DNA of 64,000 nucleotides from Octopus vulgaris (Eukaryota): NCBI GenBank assembly GCA_951406725.2, contig OX597814.1, positions 104,780,001 to 104,844,000 of the forward strand, read 5' to 3'. Shown piece by piece: positions 55,933 to 64,000 of this stretch (position 1 is its first letter; each line of letters starts with the position of its first letter). The notes under the pieces were generated by a model. It saw only the letters and a program-made list of their open reading frames with translations, ran no database searches and was not told where the DNA came from. The position numbers and the translations under genes were made by a program.

Positions 55933-56591
55933 TAATAATAATAATAATAATCAGAAGAAGAAGAAGAAGAATATCTTGCTGAAGAACACAACGCACTGCT
56001 GCGAATCGAACTCGCGAAATTCTGACCACCAAACCAATGTACCTTCACACACACGTCGTATTGTTATGGTCAATGGAGAATAAAAACCTCCAGAAATGTT
56101 GTGCTTATATGATTGGTATATATGGCTTATACGTACGTGTGCATGAAGTGTATGGCGGTATTTGTGCGGTTGATATAAAGAGCGCGCGCGCGCACACACA
56201 CACACATATATATATGGTGGGTGGAAAGGGGGCTGGTAGTAGAAACGGGATAGACATGACTTAAAATGAATATATACATTTTTTTTTTACTTTAAGAGTC
56301 AGAATTTACACTGTGCCTCAAATGTCCGACAAAAGCCAGCAACGAAACTCTCGGCCTTCAATCAGTTTGTAACTTCTAACGAATATAAACAAAACAAAAA
56401 AAAAAACGTAATTTGACACACACTCACACAGAGATATGTATATATACATCATTTAGGTATATATACATCATGTAGGTATGTGTGGTCACCCAGCGATGAA
56501 AATGACAGGCTGGCGATTTTCGAGGTTATACACCTTTCATTTGTTAGTGACTGCAAGTGGAGTTAAGTGTTTCAACATTATATTTAGACAG

Positions 56592-56630
56592 ATGAAGGGA
56601 GAGAAAACGGGAAACAGCTTGCGAACCAGG
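56592..56630 (+). CDS. Candidate upstream micro-exon (MKGEKTGNSLRTR, or 5'UTR) of the secreted-peptide gene
   Basis: Ends at consensus donor CAGG|GTAAGT (56630/56631); 39 nt from the ATG, in phase with the ATG at 56903. Confidence 0.35.
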
Positions 56631-56902
56631 GTAAGTGTCTTAAGTTATAAGTGTGAGGGTAACAGATGTGGATAATACTCGCGTGGCTTCATATGTTGGA
56701 AACATAATTGCACTGAAATACAATACAGAGGTAGATATGTGTGTGTGTATGTGTGTGTGTGTGTATAAGTATATACATAAATAAGTGTGTCGAATATAAA
56801 TACGTACATTAGTTAGACGGGATATGAACAGAATAGAAATAAGGTGGGTACCACTGGGACTCAAATTCGCATCTTCCGGAAGCTTGTCGTAAAACGAAAC
56901 AG

Positions 56903-57153
56903 ATGCCAAATTCAAATACGATACGGCTTCTTCTAAGTGTACTCACCATCTCTGTCCTAATTAATGAGTGTTCGGGAGGAAAAGAGAAAAAAATATATAG
57001 ACCCAGCTCGTGCTTCAATGAAGATAATAATCTCAACGATTTTAATCCACGCGACTGTGATATTTTTTTGTTGAACGGATTGTATTTGTATCTAGCGTGC
57101 CGGGAACATCGTAGCAGAATGGACGTAGATTTATTTCAAGAATATGTGACAAA
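56903..57153 (+). CDS. Candidate exon: signal peptide plus Cys-containing region of an unknown secreted precursor
   Basis: MPNSNTIRLLLSVLTISVLINECSG (n/h/c regions), then C-x14-C-x13-C; preceded by CAG; overlapping donors AA|GTGTGA (exon end 57153) or AGT|GTGAGC (exon end 57155). Confidence 0.55.
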
Positions 57154-59284
57154 GTGTGAGCTGATGATGCTTGCAATGTTTTATTTTTCTGAATCTAACC
57201 CATACAGTTTGTATTTAAACTTTATCGACCTATTGTATCTCTGAGTCATTCAGAAGATAAATAGCGTGACCCGAGTTTAAGATTTTGTAGGGAAAACAGT
57301 TCAAACGCATGGATAAGCTACTTCGGACATTGTTATTCGTCTCTATAAGGATTCTCTGTGTTGTTTTAATGAACTAATTTAGCAAACCTGATAGAACACA
57401 TTTATATTCCACGACTTCTGGTTTAATTGAGGTCAAACCATGATCTGACATTCTTTCAAGATTCATCAGTTAGTTCTTGGAATATTTCTTAATCAAATTT
57501 CTATAGAATCTTCTCACGCTTAAATGTCAGCCATCTTCTATTCGCCTACATCATTAAGGCTGTACCCTTTGGACATTACTTCCTTTTATGGATATTCATT
57601 CCATTTGATGTGAATTATTCTTGCCCGCATCTATCAACTTTTAAAGGCATTACCCAGTCTTGAAATAATCTCTGAGGTTTTATTCCGTTGCCTTTCTGAA
57701 ATAAACAAAGGCAAAGGCCCAAAACACGTCCCTTCAAATAATATTTTCTAGATTCTAAAATCACCTCTGAGTTCCGTTGGCAATGTAGGGTCATCGTATT
57801 AACCGAAAAACATACTGTACTGATTCAATTTGTACAGGGTTTGCGATATTATTTGCCAATAGGAACAATCTTCTCTCGGATGGATGAATGTCTCAAAGCC
57901 AGTCTTTGCTGGATCAAATTCGTTTAAAATCATTTTGTTGCTTTTTCCGTTTGTATATACATTTTAGACACGTACAAACACGCGTATATATATTCCTTCC
58001 TTCCTGAGCGTCCAATAATACTATATTTGTTCCACGTCCTCGCGTTGTTGCTTTTTCTCTTTGCGTTTTCATGTTTGGATTAACTATATATATATACCAG
58101 AAAGAATATGAATAAATTAATTCCACATAACAATACATGCCGGAATGCCTGTTTTTCTATTTCCATTGTGAACGAAAGTTTGTTATAACAAAGCATAAAA
58201 GCTGCCTCAGTTTCACAGCCCAGCTCATGATCTTTTCTTTTCTGTTTTGATTTCTCTTCTGTTCCGAAAATTCTTTGCTTCAATTTGAACCTTCCTAGAA
58301 GAAACCCTTTTTATTAGCACGCTCACAAGAAACCAATATGTCAGTCGCATTTGGTTTGCTTCTGCGTCCAGGAATAGTTAGTCATGCTACTTCAAAGCAT
58401 TTATTTAGCAATTTCGTAATTTCTTAAAGTACATTAATTAAACAAAACATTATTCAGTAGTTTCTGTTTTTTTTTAATTCCATCGTGTCACTTAAGCGTA
58501 AAGCAATGTCATTAGACATCAGATTAAAAATTATAATTAGAGAGAAAAGAATATTGTTGTCGACTTTAAAGATCGAAAGAATATTCAGGTGAATGTAACG
58601 TTTCTCAACTCTGTCTGTCTGTCTCTCTGTCTGTTTCTCTCTCTCTCTGTCTCTCTCTGTCTCTCTCTCTGTCTCTCTCTGTCTCTGTCTCTGTCTCTTT
58701 CTGTCTGTCTGTCTCTCTCTCTCTCTCTTTTTCTCTCTCTGACACATATTGCAATCATAGACGATGTAGAAAAATTAATTTCAAATGTTTTTGTAGATCA
58801 TATGTCACAACATTATTTGATTCTCGTTTACCATTTCCCAGTAAAATACGATAAATTCCTTTAATCATTTGAAACGAGAAGATGAGGAAGTCATTTAAAC
58901 GTATAAATGTTTTCGTGGAGGATTTGATGCTTTCAAGAAACTTATTAACACCCATAAGATTCGGATAATAGAGGAAACGGCAATTACTGATATTTGCTTC
59001 ATCGAAATTTCGTGCACAACGAAAGAATTTTGCAGATGCCCGACAAGGAGATATTTTGAACAATTTTAACCGATAAATCTTTCCCTCAGAGAAGGAAACT
59101 GAGGCGCCAAACACTGAGGTTGAGAAGAAACTCCATTAGAGAGTCGAGATAACATTGCTTGTGTTATCATAGTGATACTCCGGTTGCAATGAAAAGTTTC
59201 GCCTAACAGAAAGTCTTTGGTTACACAGAAATTATGAAATGACCCATTGAATACTTTCTGTCCTGTTGTCAACCGTTTCTGCGA

Positions 59285-60129
59285 CAAGACTAATTTCGAA
59301 AATGGAATGCTCCCACACTGCTATAGAGAAGTATCTTCACTCGATGGGAAAGGTACAGAAATATGGAGCATGGGTTCCGCATGCTTTAAGTGATAACAAC
59401 AAAAAACAACAAGCCACAATTTCCGCTGGTTTGCTTGCTCGTTACTGCTTAACTCATGGACACAAGCAACGATTTCTTTACCGAATCGTTACTGGCGACG
59501 AAAAATGGTGCCTGTACATCAATATGAAGCAGCGTAAGGAATGGCTTAGCCCCGGTAAACAAGCGACACCGCGCGTGAAACAAGATCTTCATCCGCGTAA
59601 AACGATGTTGTGCGTATGGTGGGACCGGAAAGGGATTATCCATTACGAATTGCTTCAACGGAACCAAGCGGCCAACGCGGAGCTCTATGTTCAACAGATG
59701 GAACGACTCAAAACGGCTATTCAAGAGAAAAGACCTAATCGTCAGCATAGAGGTCTGCTGCACGACAACGGCCGCTCTCATATCACCAATATGACTAAGG
59801 AAGTCATTCAAGCGCATGGCTGGGAAGTGCTGCCACACACGCCGTACTCTCCTGATTTGGCACCAACGGATTTCCACCTCTTTCGATCTCTTTCAAATGC
59901 TATGCGCGGAATTTCATTCAATACTGATGTAGAACTGAGAGCCTGGTTGGATTTTCGAATCGAAATCGGGTGATTTCTACCAACGAAGTATCGAAAATCT
60001 TGTTGAACGTTGGGAAGAAGTTGTAAACAACAAGGGTGAATACATTATTGATTAATTAGTTGTTATTTTTCATTAAACCTTTTAAAAAAGTTAAATAAAA
60101 AAACGGCGGGAACTTAGTTGCCAACCCAA
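59285..60129 (+). mobile_element. 5'-truncated mariner (mellifera-like TIR) with transposase relic
   Basis: WVPHAL, IVTGDEKW, LHDNGRSH, PYSPDLAPTDFHLFRSL; right TIR revcomp TTGGGTTGGCAACTAAGTTCCCGCCG followed by TA. Confidence 0.92.
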
Positions 60130-60160
60130 TACTTGTTGCATAATCTAAATGAAGTATATA

Positions 60161-60637
60161 CAGTAACCCATCGACTATCGTATATGTTACCTCCCAAAAC
60201 ACCTCACGATAGGTGATAATCCGTGGAGTAGAAACAGAACTGAATATTAAAAAATTTTTTTTTTTAGAATTTGTATATATTTATTTTATTATAAATGCAA
60301 AGAAACACCACACACTCGCCTCCTGAGATTTATTTTCCATCAAGTATGTGCGATTCTTTCTTTACTCATCTGCAGTACACTTCGTATTTCCTTTTAATAG
60401 ATTTTAATTAATGTGTTATTATACAGTGCGGTACTGTATTTTTATTTATTAATTTATAAACTTTTAGGCGTGAAAATGCTTATTTTACCATAGAAATAAT
60501 TAAAATCTAAAAAGAGATAAATACCTATCGGCCGCAGAAACCCGTGATATACTGAGGAGTCAGCGGTATAAATTTACATATATTAGCCAGAAAAATCCGC
60601 GATATACTGAGGGCGCGACAGGGGAATCGCGATACTG
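60161..60637. mobile_element. pogo/Tigger-type MITE, decayed
   Basis: Left end TA-CAGTAACCCATCGACTATCG; repeated CCGCGATATACTGAGG-type subterminal motifs; right end partly deleted. Confidence 0.6.
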
Positions 60638-60857
60638 CATATATATATATAATAAATAACAATAGGGTAATAAGAAATTATTATTACCAGTGGCCTAGCA
60701 CAAAAACGAATTAGTCATTAGACTATATATTATTCACATAGAAATACAATGGGAGGCTTCGAAATAGGAAAGCCTTGTGCTACAAAGAACAGTAGAAAAC
60801 TCAAACCACCAAATAAGGATAAATTCTCGAAAGGAATGAAAATTAAAAACGAGATGG

Positions 60858-60915
<58 letters not shown>

Positions 60916-60925
60916 ATATATATAT

Positions 60926-61133
60926 AAATGTAAATGATGTATAAGTGTCAATTCCGCTAGCTCCAAAAGTTTTATCATATTCTCTCCCTGTTTATTTCCT
61001 CGTGTTCCATTCTGTTGAAGAGCGTAGGCTCGAAATGTAAAAGACTTTCTCACCTTTCCGAGCGTTAAACTAATACACCTGTTTGTTGTCTACACACCCG
61101 TCTTCGCCTTTTGTTTTTCTGTAAATTTCAACT
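60926..61133 (+). mobile_element. Penelope-pLTR-like repeat in (TA)n with a degenerate hammerhead
   Basis: CTGTTGA-A-GAGC-GTAG-GCTC-GAAA-TGTA at 61012-61039; its 3' part is homologous to 34735-34801. Confidence 0.55.
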
Positions 61134-61162
61134 ATATATATGTGTATATATACATATATATA

Positions 61163-61229
<67 letters not shown>

Positions 61230-61233
<4 letters not shown>

Positions 61234-61385
61234 TACGAGTTTCTTTCAGTTTCATTCTACCAATTCCACTCACAAGGCTTTGGACGGCCCAAGGCTACAG
61301 TATACAATACTTATCCAAGGTGTCACACAGTGGAACAGAACACCCGAAAGAAGTCGGGAAGTAAACTTCTTACCACAAAACCACG
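61230..61385 (-). mobile_element. Diverged SINE family B head
   Basis: TTCTTTCAGTTTC..CTACCAATTCCACTCACAAGGCTTTGG. Confidence 0.7.
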
Positions 61386-61390
61386 TCTAA

Positions 61391-61447
61391 GCTGGGAATC
61401 GAACCCGAGACGCCAGAGTGAAAGCCAGGAATCCTAACCACACTCTA
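61391..61447 (-). pseudogene. tRNA-Glu(TTC)-like relic
   Basis: Revcomp GGTTAGGATTCCTGGCTTTCACTCTGGCGTCTCGGGTTCGATTCCC resembles tRNA-Glu; acceptor stem missing and anticodon stem mismatched. Confidence 0.6.
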
Positions 61448-62308
61448 TACGTTAATAGACTTTCTGGCATCAATAATATTTTTCATAAGGATATATTTCT
61501 TTCAATAATTAAAAGTACTTATTTGTATAAAAAAAACTGAATTAACTTCCTTTGGTAACGAAGATTCGAGCTTCAAGAAATTCGATATTTACTTCAAGCA
61601 GCGTCTTCACCAAAACCGTTTCATCTGCTGCTGCCGCTGTGGTTATGTAAGTCATCTAATGAGATTACAGCCGTTGAAATGTAGGTTCCCGTCAGTTAAT
61701 AATTTATGAATGAAATTCACAACAGCATTGGCATCATTCTACAAAATGAGAACTTGGAAAAGGAGACGAGTGGATTGAGTTTTATATTCATATACACATA
61801 TAAACTGTACGCTTTAGTTTTCTATGCACATATACGCACATACGCATAAAGAAACGTGCATGTATGCACAAATATGTGTGTGTGTGTGTGTATCTAGTTT
61901 CTTATTGATCATCGCTCCTTATACATGTATGCGTGTGTATGTGTATGTGCGTGTGTGTATTTATGCCTGTGTATACGTGTATGTGTGTGTGTGTGTGTGT
62001 GTGTTATGCACAATATTATACATAAAAAGATGGTAAGAGTCAAAGTAGAAGAGATAGACGAAGAGAGATCAACGAAAATACTGAGGGAGAGCGAGGGAGA
62101 GAGAGGGGGAGAGAGAAGGAGAAAGAGATAAAGAGAAAGAGAGGGAGAGAGAAAGAGAGAGAGAAAGAAAGAAGGAGAGAAAGAGAAAGAGAAAGAGAGA
62201 GAGAGGAAGAAAGAGTGGGAGAGAGAAAGAGAAAGAGAGAGAGAGAAAGAGAAAGAGGAGAGAAAGAGAAAGAGAGAGTGGGAGAGAGAAAGAGAAAGAG
62301 AGGGAGAT

Positions 62309-62352
<44 letters not shown>

Positions 62353-62474
62353 CTATGCTTTTGTTTAAGCAAGTAAATATTATTACAAAATGGTTTGTAT
62401 TATATTTTTCGGCAAAAGTAATTGTTTTGCGTAAGATAACTGGATTGGAGCTATGACCTGTGTTAACGTTGCAG

Positions 62475-62592
62475 ATGTCGACGGGATGCGTCTGCACTAC
62501 ATCTTCACTCGCCAGCCAGGGAGCTGCACAGGGAGCCGAGCTGGCAATTTCTTCTGTCATTCGGAAAAAGGAAACAGAAGTTAATCGATTGA
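62475..62592 (+). CDS. Candidate terminal exon; phase-2 reading CRRDASALHLHSPARELHREPSWQFLLSFGKRKQKLID*
   Basis: Acceptor TTGCAG| at 62474; GC-rich unique island; dibasic RR and GKR amidation signal; the alternative phase-1 reading stops at 62584. Confidence 0.5.
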
Positions 62593-62664
62593 TAATCCGT
62601 GTTAAGTCTTCTACAGCCCTGAAATTGATATCAATGTTGTTGATTGATTTGCTGGTAGGACACG

Positions 62665-62676
62665 AATAAAAATAAA
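62665..62676 (+). promoter_or_regulatory. Tandem AATAAA polyadenylation signals
   Basis: AATAAAAATAAA about 75 nt after the candidate stop codon. Confidence 0.45.
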
Positions 62677-63619
62677 GGAAACATAAAAGAAAAAAACAAT
62701 AACGATGAAAGTTCAATGTCAACGTATAAAAGAGAGTAGAAAGTAAGATGGAGGATTAGGGTTTCATTTAAGATGGTGGCCCTCATTCGGAACATGAGGA
62801 AGGAAGAAGGGGGAGAAAAATCGGAAGAGAAATATTCATGATGCTGGTTCAGTGATGTAACAGGGTTCAAGGGGCTACCATATTTAATAGAATTTGTTTG
62901 GAAAGGGCACGGGGCTATGAGAAATAATCATGACAAGAATGGGAAGTAAAACGAAGTCGGTGAGAGACTTGTTTGTGCATGTGGTATGTGTGTGTGTGTG
63001 TGTGTGTGTGTGAAGTAGATTTTCGTGTGTATGTGTGACAAACGCAGTAGATGAAACATGTTTAGAAGTATGTCTGAGAAATGTTTATGTGGATGCGTGG
63101 TATGATTGTGTGTGCGAGGACTGAAGAGATGAAATGTAGAATATGTCAGTGGATTTCATATATGTGAGTGTGAAAATATGAGAGAATTAAAGCTGTGTAA
63201 AAGAAACGGGGGGATAAAAGGCACGGTGTGTGTATGTTTATTGTAGGGTATTTTAGAGGATGTAAGGTGTAAATCGTGGCTGTGGCAGTTGTGCGTAGGT
63301 GGAAGATAAGATACAAGTGACAATGTAGTCAGAAACAAGAGGATAATGGCGTTATAGAAGTCCTCAAAAACTGTGAGATGCAGGCGAGAGTAGTTTAAAA
63401 AATTGAAGTATTGAATCACAGAAGTGAGCGATCCGGTGTTTTGGCGGAAAGACACCAAGGAACAGCGCCCTAAATTGGTCACCTAAACGGTGACCAGCTT
63501 TTCCTTAAGACAGTAAAATACTTCATGCAACGGATAATCTGTTTGAAGGGAAAGATGAAACATTTGTGATAGTAGAAGATAGTTCACGTAGGTGCAAGAT
63601 GATGTGTACGTGTGCACAC

Positions 63620-63655
<36 letters not shown>

Positions 63656-63887
63656 ACATACACATACATTTATATATATATACATATATATAAATGTTTA
63701 TACATATATATGTATATATACATATATACATATATACATTTATATATATATGTATATATATATATATATATATACGTATATATATATATATATACATACA
63801 TATACATTTATATATATATATATATACACATATATATAAATGTATATACATATATATGTATATATACATATATACATTTATATATAC

Positions 63888-63931
<44 letters not shown>

Positions 63932-63933
63932 TT

Positions 63934-63970
<37 letters not shown>

Positions 63971-63990
63971 ATGTATAATATATATAAATA
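63620..63990. repeat. Degenerate (TA/CA)n microsatellite
   Basis: Direct repeat. Confidence 0.9.
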
Positions 63991-64000
63991 TGTATTTGTG

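Noticed and set aside
56903-57155. Insulin-like B-chain interpretation (C...LYLYLAC followed by a phase-1 intron)
   Set aside because: Cys spacing is 13 rather than 11, there is no CG motif, and no A-chain CC-x3-C-x8-C exon was found downstream in the window
57250-59280. AT-rich non-repetitive stretches possibly derived from MULE/hAT transposases, or extra exons
   Set aside because: No motif could be read with confidence in any frame
62530-62571. Identity with luqin (APSWRPQGRFamide) because of PSW...F-GKR
   Set aside because: The core RPQGR is absent, and luqin precursors place the peptide right after the signal peptide; the similarity may be coincidental
62475-62669. Phase-0 reading MSTGCVC... 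as an IL-17/cystine-knot C-terminus
   Set aside because: No upstream cystine-knot exon or good phase-0 donor found

Overview
AT-rich, microsatellite-saturated eukaryotic DNA. The SINE families and repeat landscape suggest an octopod cephalopod (Octopus-like; inference). Nearly all long ORFs in the supplied track are artefacts of simple repeats or decayed transposons. Recognisable content: at least three abundant tRNA-derived SINE families; LINE relics (RTE, CR1, R4/Dong, L1/Tx1, Penelope-like); DNA transposons (pogo with a Brinker-type DBD, three mariners including a full-length one with perfect 37-bp TIRs, MITEs, a foldback element). Two things stand out. (1) A young ~363-bp tandem-plus-inverted repeat array (36541-37743), in which each full unit carries a minimal type-I hammerhead ribozyme with the U3-A8 core covariation, i.e. 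a candidate retrozyme/circRNA-producing element. (2) A candidate unannotated 2-3-exon gene (56592-62676) encoding a signal-peptide-bearing, Cys-containing precursor that in one splice phase ends in an RR...SF-GKR amidated peptide. The window also shows a SINE/CR1-LINE pair sharing a 3' tail with a compensatory hairpin. All calls were made by eye; family names are from recalled motifs, not database searches.
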